Assembly: GCF_963853765.1 (NCBI RefSeq)
Contig: NC_088856.1
Location: forward strand, 27,590,001 to 27,654,000
Length of the DNA stretch: 64,000 bases
Source: Magallana gigas
Taxonomy: Eukaryota
Direction: 5' to 3'
The position numbers and the translations under genes are program-made. The notes below the pieces were generated by a model. That model worked only from the letters and a program-made list of their open reading frames with translations. It was not told the origin of the DNA and made no database searches. Shown here piece after piece: positions 1-12,726 of the stretch. Positions within the stretch are counted from its first letter, which is position 1, and the number at the start of each line of letters is the position of its first letter.

Positions 1-507
1 CTTGTGGTGTGCAATATCATGGTTTAAAAAAAAATGGGTATCTGTTTTGCATAAGAACTTAGTATATCAAGACATTTTCAAGGAACATTCTGCATAGAAT
101 AGTATATTCTGTTTCACTATTGATGCTATTACTAGGTCAGGCGCGGATCGAAAACTAATCCTCAGGGGGATCTCTACAAGCATGTTAATTGTTGCAACAG
201 CAGACAAAAACAATTTTTTGTATTGTCACATTTATATTTTCTAGAACACATTTTATCCATCAATTAATGAAGTTTAAAATCAATAAACCTCTAGATTTTA
301 TATTTGACTACTAGTACATGAACCTAGATTCTATGAAATAGACTATAAACACGAGGCACGATTTTTACTGCAAAACTGAAAGGGTCAAATAAAAACACGT
401 GTCTAAAATTTAAATGACAATAACATTCGCAGGGGTGTGTATATTGATATGTATATGGCGAGGGTCGTACTGATACTGGTTCTGCAGTTCTACCCCAGAT
501 AGCATGA

Positions 508-747
508 CTACGTTGGGCCAACGTTGGCCCTTAGTTGTTCATTACGTTGTACCAACGTTGGCAGACTACGTTGGGTCAACGTAATTTTGCTCATCGGCCC
601 TACATTTGTCCAACATGTTGGGCCTACGTTGGTCCAATATGTTGGACCAACGTAGGGCCGATGAGCAAAATTACATTGGCCCAACGTAGCCTGCCAACAT
701 TGGTCCAACTTAATGAACAACTGAGGGTCAACGTTGGCCCAACGTAA
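508..747. repeat. Imperfect ~240-bp palindrome (fold-back/MITE-like) built from CCAACGTTGG/CTACGTTGGGCC motifs
   Basis: The left arm is the reverse complement of the right arm. The ORF track gives near-identical peptides on both strands (508..720 - and 535..747 +). Degenerate motifs continue to about 830. Confidence 0.85.
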
Positions 748-2734
748 AGATTACGAGGAAAATTACATCGACCCAACGTCCTCTGTCAACGTTGGTCCAT
801 CCTAGTAAACAGGTGAGGGCTAACGTAGTGACAACGATCAAACTTTCAATGGCTAAACGTAGCATGTCGGCACTAATTCAATGTAATCCCAATTTAATTT
901 CAAAACTCTTGTTCAATTAATTCCTGTTTGCTGTTTGGCTATTAAGATGCAGGAGTTCAAATATTCTATGCAACGAAAACATAGTATACAGATTTTATTT
1001 TTTCTTAGTAAAAATTTACAATACATTTAAACACTTTTTAGAAATAAAAAGAATCGCTAGCATATTTCTTTGTCTATGTAAATTCCTTAGTAACAATCGA
1101 ACTGTAGGGTCTGATCACTGTCCGGGTAACTGGTTTCAGTGGCTTGGGTTACCTCCTTGCTTTTTTTCTTTCTTCCGTTTTTTCCCTTCACCTTTACGGT
1201 CTTTGAAAAACGGAACCCGTCCTTCCCTATCTCTACATCTGTTGCAGAGGCACACAGTCTGTTTTTTTCTTACTGCGGCTGAAAATGTAAATTTTAGTTG
1301 TTATTTTTATTGTGCAATATGAATTAACGTTATCTGTTATACTGTAAACTTAACAAACAAAACTGATCCAGATAAATATAATTACATGTATAAAAAAATA
1401 AACCTAAAAAACAAACTACACATTCATCCTTCACCCACAATATAGCCTTTTAGATATTTGTCATCGTTGTGTACCCGTGTAACAATCTATTAAGAAGGTG
1501 CTTGCACGACAAAGAACCCCTTGCTGTTCTACGTTTTCATTAACGCATATAAAGAAAAAATATATTTTAATTTATTCTTGAATTTCATTTGATGTAAAAA
1601 AAGGAGAACAAATTAGTTCTCAGTCTCTCTTTATGCCTGTTTGCTAGCAGTTAATCTAAATTCATTTTGTATATCCTTTTGTAATTTATAAGAAAATGCG
1701 ATGTAAATCTTTTTTTCCATGCAATATTTCGGATAAAGCAATGACGAGTTGTTTCTTAAAATTTTATTAGACTATGAAATTGTAAAATGCTAACATTGAA
1801 AATTGTGCCCGATTTCTTTCTTTTTTTAAGGTAAAACTTTATTGATTAAAAAAAATGATTCTTTCAGACAAAACAAATTGACATAATCAATAAGTGTTTG
1901 ACAATCTCTAACTGCAGGTCTGTACATTGTAGCTCTTAGTCTGAAAAAGAATCGGATGGACGACCTAGGACCTATTTTTTTCGTACGCGGACGCAATACT
2001 CACCGAAACTAAATGGTTCGTATCTTAAGTTTTAACTGCTTTGAAAGGTAATATTGGCATTCCGATAATTTTGAAAATGAATAATTAAATAAAAATGGTT
2101 AAAATTACAATAAAATTTCCGGCATCGGTCTTTCCAATGCCCGGATCTAGAAGGGAAGGGGAAGGGTTCAAGCCCCCCCCCCCCCGCAAAATTTCTTTCA
2201 ATTTCGTGTACATTATAAACTTACCAAAAATATGCTTCCGACATCCCTTGGCAAACTCAAATAACCGTCAGACCCTCACCCCCCACCCCGGAAAAATTTT
2301 CTGATCCGCGCATGCCCCCCCCCCCTCCTTCAAAAAGAAAATTGTTCTTCAAAACCCCCTATAAAATTTCCAGGATCTCTGCATATATACTTAAAGATTC
2401 ATTGGCGCTTGCATTCGATAAAAATGCGTGTAAAATGTTTGCCAATGGTCTTTTTACCTTCATTCCGGGCATAACCACAGTCCCACTCTGTGAATAAAAT
2501 GCGGTGAATCAAACTAAAGACAACGTGTTAAGATCTATATTTGCTTATAAAAATGTAGTATAATCTTGGTTTCTTTTACTCAATGTTTATACATCTAATA
2601 TTGTACTATTGTCAGCTATCAATTTTTTGTATTACGTCACAAGTATGACGCAACTACGACGGAAGACCTAATCGTTGCTTGCAACGAGCTCGTCTCTAGT
2701 TTCTGATGATTTTTCAAGCGGTTTGTAGTCTCGT

Positions 2735-2800
2735 TTTGTAACGGAATATGAGTATATGTCTCTATAATTTCCGGAAAGCACTCGTATATATAGAACACAA
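2735..2800 (+). promoter_or_regulatory. Conserved upstream block of A-type genes (candidate proximal promoter/5' UTR)
   Basis: TAACGGAATATGAGTATATNTCTCTATNATTTCCGGA(A/G)AGCACTCGTAT recurs at ~2735, ~8710 and ~29145. It lies 50-150 bp upstream of the exon-1 ATG in A1 and A4. A regulatory role is inferred. Confidence 0.4.
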
Positions 2801-2838
2801 TTATAAACCATAGAATACTTTTAAAATGACATAGGTGA

Positions 2839-4158
2839 ATGAAGAAGAAAATATTCAACGACCAGTCAACTCGGGATACATATTTTGAGTCTCCACCATA
2901 TCGATGTGAGTATGTATGTATGTGTGTGTCTTTAAAAAGTATTTTTAAATTGATACAACGCATGTTTTAATTTATAATACACAAATTTAAAATGTCAAGC
3001 GTTTAATAGCATTATGTTTACGCAAAATATTATTAAAGTTTTTTCGTTTTGTTGTTTGTGTGTAAGTTTAATTTGACTGTGTAAATGTACGTATAATGAA
3101 ATAAAAACAGTTTGACGTAACCAAGCATAAAAAAAACAGGCAATCGTGTCTGACATATGTATTTTAATATTTTTTTTAAATTCTTAATGATTTCATAAGT
3201 TTTCTTGGCTAGAAAGTACATTTAAATTTAGAAACTTCAAAACCTGATGCAAAAATCATTAGCTAAAGTGTACTGTAACATCATTTGACTAATCTTATAA
3301 ATCATTCATTATGATGGCATGCTTTGACAGAATTCGATAATCTTTGCATTATCAATTTGCTTAAAAATACAAAAAAGGTTTTGATATGTAACTTGCATTA
3401 TGTCTGTAATAGTGTTCTTTAATTAATGTATCTATTGGTACACTTGTAGTTACCTCTGAATCAGACATGGGTATCATTGGATTGTCGGTCATCATTTTGA
3501 TATCAGCTTTTGCGTCATGTATTTGTTCTGCCTTCTGCTTCTGTTGTTACAAAAGGTAAGACATTTTTTTTTCTTTGAGATAAAATATTGTAGAATGACA
3601 TCAAACAAATGAAGTCTTTTACAAGTGTACAAATATCTGTGTATGATGAACGTAAACAAAGGTTTNNNNNNNNNNNNNNNNNNNNNNNNNNNNNNNNNNN
3701 NNNNNNNNNNNNNNNNNNNNNNNNNNNNNNNNNNNNNNNNNNNNNNNNNNNNNNNNNNNNNNNNNNNNNNNNNNNNNNNNNNNNNNNNNNNNNNNNNNNN
3801 NNNNNNNNNNNNNNNNNNNNNNNNNNNNNNNNNNNNNNNNNNNNNAACTATTGCTGTTTTTTCAAGGGGCTTTATACAGGCTCAAACATCAATTCAAAAG
3901 AATGATCAGCAAGAAGAGGAAACTCAGTACCAAGGTCAAAATACTAGTAATGAGATTTCTGATGAAGACCACGCTTACGAAAAACCTCGCCCACCGACGA
4001 ATGAAACTTCACAAAACCATGAATTAGAATTATCAGCGTATGAGGAGGTCAAGGAAAACCAAATTGAAGAGTGTCAGTTTCAGAAAACTGATGAAGGTGT
4101 GTATTTAACACCAGTTAATCGACAACACCCTCTTCCATCCGTTGGAGCTGGGAATTAA
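2839..4158 (+). CDS. Gene A1: spliced single-pass membrane protein with juxtamembrane Cys cluster and Tyr-motif tail (~154 aa)
   Basis: Exon 2839-2905 (MKKKIFNDQSTRDTYFESPPYR, donor GTGAGT, phase 1). Exon 3450-3555 (TSESDMGIIGLSVIILISAFASCICSAFCFCCYK, TGTAG acceptor, GTAAG donor, phase 2). Exon 3867-4158 (GFIQ...HAYEKP...SAYEEV...GVYLTPV...GAGN*). The frames join. The start codon is uncertain (2839 or internal Met 3467). Confidence 0.75.
3666..3845. other. Assembly gap (180 N) in intron 2 of A1
   Basis: N run. The paralogous position in A4 holds a (TA)n tract. Confidence 0.99.
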
Positions 4159-5470
4159 GAGTCTGCGTATACACAGGCTACGTGTCCACTATACACATGG
4201 AAAACAACAAACAGTTTTTCGCATCAGTTTATATTCTGTTGCATTTTTGTTGCTTGAAGTTTCGACAAGAAAAGAAATCAAGAAAGGATTAGTTGACTGT
4301 TTATTCACATATATATTGGAAAAAAAAATGTATACATAAATATACAATGCAGATTTTAAGGAACGCTGGAATACGTTTTTTTGAAAAGTCTTAAAATAGT
4401 TCTATTGTTGTTATGTTGTATATTGTACATAATTTGTGAGTCTATTTATGTATATTATTCTTGAATATATTTAAGAAGCTGATAAAAGTTTCATTTAAAT
4501 AAAAAAATCAAAAGGTGTATAATGTAAAACGTTTGATGTCATTAACTATATTGAGCGCTGTCAAAAGTGATACAGTAAATTATCATCGGAAGTGCTGAAC
4601 ATATATTAGCATCTTAATTTTCGTGCAAATTGGTCAAAATCTCAAAGTACAATGTTGTTGGCATTGTACGACCTAAGACTAAATTTTATAAATGGTACAA
4701 ATTTTAGTCTTTTACTTAGAAGAGATTGTTCAGCACATGTCAAACAATGTTTTGACAAGTTTAAAACTTGCATTTCAGTTTCCATTAAATTCTTTGGCTG
4801 CAAGTTAGGAGCAGAAATAGATCGTACTATAACAAAGCAGTTTGTGGCTGCAAGTTACGAGCACAGATATATCGAACTCGTAAAAGAGTATTTTTGGATT
4901 TCTGTTCTCTTTAAACGTATACACATTTTGATTGTTACGTGGATAAAACTTAACTGAAACAAGGAAGTTAACACCAATGCCAATTTGTATGTAGCGCAAG
5001 TGCAAGTTATGGCACGCCTACAATGATTTAAATCAAAAGATGATTGGTTGAGCAAATACACAGTTTCAATCATGTTAGAAAGCAGTATAGAATGCTAGTA
5101 TCATTAGATAAAAACGTAAAAATATGTTCAATCAAGAGTCAATCAAAACAAATGTATACATGTATTTTGATATACTTCAAGTTCCTTAAGTGATAATTTG
5201 TTAAATCTTAGTAGCATTTTTTTTCTTTTAACGGACTCTCGTTATTATATTGACTTTATATCTCTCTCAAGACCCACTTCTTTTTGAGAATGTTTGGTTT
5301 TAGTGGGAATCACACCTTGTGACTCACAATTGAAAGGTCTTTGATGACAGAGATTTCCTGTGTAATTTTTTGGGTAGCACGAAGTAATCATTTTTCTCAG
5401 AAATGGGAAAGTGAGAAAAAATTTTAACCAAATGAACTTCGTGAGCAGAAGAAAGTCCCAATAATTTCAG
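4150..5470 (+). repeat. Segmental duplication; paralogous copy at ~12721-14050 (3' flank of A genes)
   Basis: Long colinear match, e.g. GGCTGCAAGTTACGAGCA and GAAAGGTCTTTGATGACAGAGATTTCCTGTGTAATTTT in both. ORFs 4652 and 13165 translate to similar peptides. Confidence 0.9.
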
Positions 5471-7487
5471 AAATGCCCATCGCGTTTAAAGAATGTGATA
5501 CACGGGCGGATGCCGGTTGGGACATTGTCCAGAATCACAAGTGCAAAAAAACAACAACAAAAAACGACGACATCCTTACATCCAGACAAATCTTAAACTT
5601 CGCAGCACCGTTATGGCTTACTTTGAAAATATCAGCGAATTTAAACGTTCATAAAACAAACTGTTATTACAAAATATTTATTTAAAGTTATTTTTATCCT
5701 GATGTAAATGTAATATAAAATGAAACAGTATAGTAAATGCTACTTTGTATGACACTTACTGTGGTCCCCTGAATTGATAATCATGAGACATATGTTGATA
5801 TTTCTCCCGAATTAAGATCATTAACAAATTTCAATGTTACAAAGGCATACCCTTATTTAAATTAAACATTTAAATGATAACTAAATTCTATTTTTCTGGT
5901 AGATTCTGAAAAGTGCTGCTGCTTTGTATAGAGTTCTTCTTTTATTAGAATAAATATTAAAGAAATGAGCTCCGGTAAGGATTTATATGACCCTCGACTT
6001 ATATTTTACGTTATTATTAATTCATTCTATTGATTTCATCGAAGCAGCAGCACTTTGTAATTAATCAATATTAATATCAATTAACATTCTCTTAATTCAT
6101 ATCCAAAAGATCGTAATGATCTGTTAAGTGTATGCTCTTGTAAAACGCAGATTAAGATAGGCTCCCCGATGTCAAACACATCGAACTTGTACAGTAAACA
6201 TTCTAGAAAAGAAATAGTACACGCTCTATAAAATAATCATATGCTAAATCAAAACAAGCATAATAGATAGGATTTAATGGTGTGATAAATGTTTTTAGGT
6301 TATCTTCTGTTCATTTATAAAATGCAATTTTCCATGTTAAAACATTGATTGATCCGCCTCTCTCTACACAAAATATGCGTCAAAATTAACAGTATGACGT
6401 CACATCCACAAGTGCAACGCGATCAGTCAGTTCTTTATATTTATCATTGTTGGACTTATTTGAGTACAAAGTTGCAAGCATAGGTAATTTTGAATTTATT
6501 TTAATCTTTTCGTACCCATATCATATTATTTGCTAATTACTTTGTTTATTAGCATTTTTGACTGACGACTTGTTGTTTTGTGTGATGTCATAGTTAGTTA
6601 ACATTTCTCGCAATTTCTGGCGGCGAGACCACAACGTAAACCTTAACAGTGCTGCCTTATTAGAACCCGACACTCTTAATGAAGCATTTTGTCAATTGCT
6701 TATATGTCATAGCTAGTTAAGAGTGTTTCGGTGATATTAATAACACATGTCATTTCAAAATTGTAATAAGGTCCGCTTCGTCAGGAAATCACATAATCAT
6801 AAACAAATAATTTTTGTGAACTTCATTTTGTTTTAATTTGGATCTAATGACTAGACCACCTATATTTTTGTGTTTATTGTATGCATCCAAAGTTAGAATA
6901 CAGGTATCCAAAATCTTCATATGCATCATAATATGGTATATAAATTGTATATCTGATCATGTCTTGCATTGCAATTTTGCAAACCTGATACCAACAATTT
7001 ATTTGATTGCAAGTTTTATACTTCATAAAAAAAGATTTTTGTATAAAAAAAATTTGCGGTAATAAAATATTTTGTATATAATTTAAATTGATTTTATAAC
7101 TTATTTTATATTAAAGTAATAAATGCGTACATACTTAAAAGTAGCTGTGGTAATAGAGAAAGCAAGTATTTTTATTGATGTTGTAGTTTAATTTTTGTAT
7201 TTTTCAATGAATTATGATATTATTTGTCCATTATTCTAGGTCAATGTCTTTTTATCTAGCGTAATACTATTGAAAGAAACCACCAACAACTCCCTTTTCG
7301 CTTGGCGAAAACCGAGTGCACCAATTTAACAAGCTGCCGCATTATGAGAGTGAGTTTTACATGTGTTTTTGTTACTTGTTCTTAAAGGTCTAGTGGGTTA
7401 TAATTTTGCTCACACATATATAGTTGCATTTCAAATGAGAATTGGAAAATACAAATGTGTTCTTTACTTTATATGATTCTATTTTAG

Positions 7488-7853
7488 GTGGGTTCAATGT
7501 TTCAGCATTTTCTTTCAAATATGGTATCAATATTATACCATTACATGTGTCATCTATCTTTATCTAATTTATAATTGATTTTTGAAGAGGGCTTTGACAG
7601 GGTAAAAAGTATAACCATTAAAAATAAAAAAAAAAAGTAAGAAAGAACCGATTGCCAATGTTGTTATATTATTAGAAACCAAAAAACCCACAGTTATGAA
7701 CAACATACATGTAGCCAGCCAACTAGTAAACCTTCACAAGAAACAACTTGAAACCAATGTCACAATAATGAATCTGACAAAAAACAAAGTTATGCAAAAC
7801 CCTGCCCAACAAATCGAGCAGAGTCTGCATCGTATGAAGAGATTAAGAAATAG
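7488..7853 (+). pseudogene. Gene B1 (pseudogene): TM exon mostly deleted, tail exon with stops
   Basis: ATGGTATCAATATT at 7521 is fused directly to intron-2 sequence. The tail exon from 7588 reads R-G-L-stop. A downstream remnant frame reads HSYEQH...QETT*NQC...QSYAKPCP...ASYEEIKK*. Confidence 0.7.
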
Positions 7854-7889
7854 CGTATACAGTAATTTCATGCATATCTTTTACAATTT

Positions 7890-8310
7890 TATGCTATGCT
7901 ATGGTATGCGATTTTAATAATATGCTATGGGATTTGTATGCTATGCTATGAGATTTGTATGCTATGCTATGAGATATTGAAATGAAGGGCTTAATTATAT
8001 GGTATGCTATGCTATGGGATGCTATGAGATTTAAACAAAAACGCCTCCATACACAGAAGAGTTCCACATATATCGAGGTAAAATAATAGGAAGCCAAAGT
8101 TACCACAAATCTATAAAGTGAACATTTATTTTTTGTCAAATAAAAACATTTAAAACTGAGTTAAAATAAGGTTGTATGCTATGCAACGGTATGCTATGGT
8201 ATGATATGACGAATGCGATTTTATGAGATTGTATGCTATGGTATGAGATTATAATGCTATGCTATGAGATTTCATTTCTATGCTATGATATTTCAATGCT
8301 ATGCTATAGT
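7890..8310. repeat. Degenerate (ATGCT)n/TATGCTATG simple-repeat element in two blocks
   Basis: Many TATGCTATG(G/A)GATT units at 7890-8030 and 8175-8310. Confidence 0.8.
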
Positions 8311-11300
8311 GTATGATGTAAAAGATATGCTTGAACCGACTGTAGTGGGATTTGAGAATCCTAAAATGAGTACAGAATGAATGTAACAGATGATTCACAT
8401 TAATTTGACTTTCGGGTATGCTCTGGAATGAAGGGAACATGTACATTTTAGCATCTTATAAAGATTTTAGAATCTTATAAAGAAAACTAAAGATAAGAAA
8501 TAAAGAATAATGTCATGTTTTAGTTCGTTTGTAAAGTGCTTAAAACATAGGATCAATGAGACACTTTAAAATTAAGTTGTAATTAGCTTGTGGTTGCTCC
8601 TGGTCACTGCACTAAAGCAAGTTTGTCAGCTTACAGGGAGTAATCTAATGATGACATGAATTAGAAAAAAGTTATTTCTGTTTATTTCTCGAGTGGTTTC
8701 TCTTTTTTTATAACGGAATATGAGTATATATCTCTATTATTTCCGGAGAGCACTCGTATCTATGCCTTATCAAAGAAAAATTGACCAGAAAACTTCACCA
8801 ATGCGCGTTGAGTTGAAAACAAAGTATTAAGAATAGTTTTCGAATCTCGATGATGAGCAAAAACATTTTATTGATTAATTACTTTTCGTAGATCACTTAA
8901 CATTTTTAACAAAACATTTAAGAAAAATGCAGGGTTTGATGAAAGTGACATTGTATGATGAAAATGGGATAATGAATTTCGGAAGCTATTCGTTCCTTAT
9001 ATTTGTATGAAGCATCTGTATTCGTTATTTAAACCACAGTGTAATTACGTAAAATATGATTTATTATAGGGGGTATATTTTACATGTATTACCGTCAAGA
9101 ATACTTGACCCAAGTTGGTACATTAGCATAAATTGAAAATAACTTCAATTTGTGTATTTTAGTCATTTAACCACATATTTCCTTTCTTTAAATTCAAGTC
9201 TCGCTTCACTGATTTATTTCTGCAACGCTATTCTACGGACATTGGTAATATCAGATTTATTTTCCTCTTCGCGTACATATATATGTACATTTTCAGAAAA
9301 AGACTGGTCTAGTTTTAAAACAGAATATCTAAGATATTCAGACGCTAATTTTATGCATAATTACCTAGCGTCTAGGACCCCACAGACCGCGGTTTTAATT
9401 TCCTCCTTTGGGCTCTGTCAGTAGAAATATGATTTGTTGAATATTATAAAATTGGCAGAACATTAACTGCATGTACGAAACATATTCATTTCAGATGTTT
9501 CACTTGTTAACACAGTAAAATTGGTATTCCTATTCAAAATTGCCTTTAAACTTACTTAGACGATCCTTCAATCTTGATAAAAACATGACAAAATACATGC
9601 ACATCCACTTTTTGTTACAAAATTTAAATAAGCTGTTTTAAGGATTACGTTTACCCAGGAAGAAAAAAAAACAATCCACAGAAGATAATGAAAAATAATC
9701 TATTGTGTTTTAGACCTTTCCTTGTAGTGTTATTTTCCACTTTTATAAAAGTTGTTCAATGGCCTACTTTTTAAAATAATGGTAATTGAATATTTTTGAA
9801 AATTTAGGGAAAATCTCTTAACATTTTAGTTTATGATTGAGCTTTTCTTAAGTGTAAAAAAATACAAATTAATAAGATCTTTTAAAAATAAAATACAGTT
9901 TACAAATGGCTGTGGCACAAATAGAGACATAATATTAATTTTTCATTGACAATTTTTATAAATATTCCATTCCAAATTTCCTTTATCATTTTTCAAAGAC
10001 AAACAAATAGAATGTTTTTTTTTCTTTTGGTAATTTGCATGCAATTAAAGCTTTACATGAAGCGGTCACTGCATAGTAAACAAAGTAGTGCGAGGAACAA
10101 TGCGTGGGCAAATTGTAAAATGTGACGGATTCCTCATATGGATACAACACTGATCGACCGAAGCCGAATACAAATAACATATTTGTCAATGTTACAAGGA
10201 ATGCCAGATTTTGCTTTTTTGTGTTTTCTACAGTTACAGAATATCACAAAATATGTTTGTTATGTCTTACATTTAATAAAAACAAATGACAATAGAATAG
10301 CAAGTAATGATATATCACATCAAGTTCATCTTTGTTAAGAATATTTGGCAACCAAAATATCTCTTGAAATTTTTTGCATCCTCAATCTCAAAGAATGACA
10401 AAAAAATGGTCAACAGCAAAACGATTGTAAAAAGAGCTTCCTTTTTCAATTGTCAAACTGAGAAACTTTTATCTATTGTTTATGGAGAGATATATGCCTT
10501 TGAGAAAAAATAAATAAATTTTAACAATGAAATATTTTGGTTTAATTGAATGAACATATTTTGTTCGTTACAAAACTGCTAATCGAAATGTCCAACAATT
10601 TTGTTTAATTTCTATGAATTTATGAAATCTGGTATTATTAAAGGTACTTATAATACTAATAAGTATATTTATTTTGTTAAATATAAATTAACGGTAAATT
10701 ACAGACCTTATCACATCGAACATCATTGACCAGATTTTTAACAGAAATATTATTCTTAATTATTATCATTCGTTTTATCTTAATAAACCTGTCTATATTT
10801 AATATACTTCACATTTAACAAATGAAATTAAAAAAATAATGAGCGTTGAAATTATTTTTGTGTATAATTAAATGATAATTGTGTTTCATGTTAATGATTC
10901 AATCAGAGAACGCTCTTATGGCAATTAAACACATTTAAAAGACCTGGAAATGGGGTGACCCGGAAATTGGTGAACTACAAGTACATGTATCGATGAATAA
11001 CTGTATTTAAAATGTTTTGGGGAGAGGGGGTCAAAGGTAATGGGATGGCGGAGGTTTATTGTCAGGCGGTGGCAAAAGTAATTTTCTTGTTTTTGCAAAG
11101 CAGTAAATTAAACGGTACACATGCAAAAAATGATCTATACGTATGACAAGGAACTATGTGCAATATAACACTATCTGGCTAAAATATCATTTGCAGCGAT
11201 AAAACCACATATGCAAACTGCGTTTCATTAGTTTTTACACAAAACATGAAAGCAAAATATATATGTGAAAGGTTATGACAAAAATATTGCTCTCTATCTT

Positions 11301-11701
11301 CTGTTCAAGAAATCATAAACGATTTAGGCAAGAGTTATTACTGATATTTGAAAGCAGTTGGAATAAAAAACTCATTCAGTCGATGGTAATGATTTAAAAA
11401 GACGATCCTCACACTGTAAGCATCTCCACGTATGTATATATATTTTTATAATTTTTGCATGGAAAAGTCTTTATTGCTGAAGAAAAATAAAGAAAACAAA
11501 ATTGGTTTTAATTGGCTACTCATGTACATAGATAATTTTTAAAAATGAATGCAGAAAAAGATCAAATACAAATCGTGAACAAAATATTTACAATATATAA
11601 TTATTTCCTTTTTTTGAGTATGCTATTTCAATTAACAATGTCACTCAGTATTAAAAACTATATATTAAATATATATGCGACCTAACAAAGTTCTCCGGAT
11701 A

Positions 11702-12726
11702 ATGAGCAAATATACATTGTGTAAAACTTGGAATGGTGCATGTAGTACATGTAATTATGTATGTGTGTGAATCTTGAGAAATAGAAAAAAACCGTTCTAA
11801 AACTGACACAATTCATGCTTTAAACTACTATACACAAATTGAAAATGTCATTCGTTTAATAAGACGATGATAACGAAAATACTAATAGAGTGGGTTTTTG
11901 TTTGTTTGTGTGCAAGATTATTTTGGCTATATAAATATACGTATGTTGCAGTCAAAAAAAAAGGGGTGGCGAAGCAAAGCATAAAAAATAACAGTAACTT
12001 ATGTCTGATATAATTATGTCTTTAAATGTTGATTTTGTACACAAGTTTCAATGCCAAGAACGTAAATTTACATTTTGCAACTATAAGGAATGGAGCAAAA
12101 TAGATTTGACTTCAGCATTATCAGTTGTCTAATCTTATCATTCATTCAGATTACATGTTTTTAACTCAATATGATTTACGCTTTACTAAAAAAAAATAGG
12201 CTGTAAAATGTTAATTACATTGTGTATGTAGTAATTTTCTTCAATTTATTTATCTCTTGGTACGGAAGATGCAATGGCAGATGAACTTTCCCTCATCCTA
12301 GTGTTTATCATTTTGATAACAGCTGTTGTAATATGTTTATGTACCACCATTTTTTGCTACAAAAGGTAGAACAATTTTCTTTCAGATAAAGAATGGAAAA
12401 ATGACATCAAACAAATTAAGTCTTTTACACATGCACGAGTATCCGTGTATGACTAAAGTAAAAAAAAAAGGCTCCCTTTGTTAATTCAATATTGATACTA
12501 TTAATAATAAATAACAGTATTTGTCAGGTGTAACAGATTTTAAATTAGTGTATCTACGAAGTATTTTGCTATAGGAATTTTNNNNNNNNNNNNNNNNNNN
12601 NNNNNNNNNNNNNNNNNNNNNNNNNNNNNNNNNNNNNNNNNNNNNNNNNNNNNNNNNNNNNNNNNNNNNNNNNNNNNNNNNNNNNNNNNNNNNNNNNNNN
12701 NNNNNNNNNNNNNNNNNNNNGATTAA
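11702..12726 (+). CDS. Gene A2: family member; tail exon falls in an assembly gap
   Basis: Exon 11702-11750 (MSKYTLCKTWNGACST, phase 1, GTAATT; in-frame upstream ATG at 11675). Exon ~12269-12365 (AMADELSLILVFIILITAVVICLCTTIFCYK, weak acceptor, GTAGAA donor). Sequence after the gap matches the stop and 3' UTR of A1 (ATTAAGAGTCTGC). Confidence 0.6.
12582..12720. other. Assembly gap (139 N) covering the expected exon 3 of A2
   Basis: N run flanked by intron-2 homology on the left and 3' UTR homology on the right. Confidence 0.99.

Noticed and set aside
508-747. Mirror-image 70-aa ORFs on both strands
   Set aside because: They arise from the DNA palindrome; there is no protein family resemblance.
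2637-2963. Minus-strand ORF similar to ORFs at 29087-29344
   Set aside because: Antisense shadow of the duplicated promoter/exon 1 region. The third copy (~8.7 kb) is truncated, and the + strand exon explains the conservation.
3609-3905. ORFs spanning N runs (also 3625-4158 N-terminus, 12481-12762, 56981-57220)
   Set aside because: Gap artefacts; only the 3867-4158 part is a real exon.
4652-4957. 101-aa ORF with a 107-aa paralog at 13165-13488
   Set aside because: Similarity comes from the segmental duplication. The C-termini diverge by indels, and there are no recognisable domains or splice support.
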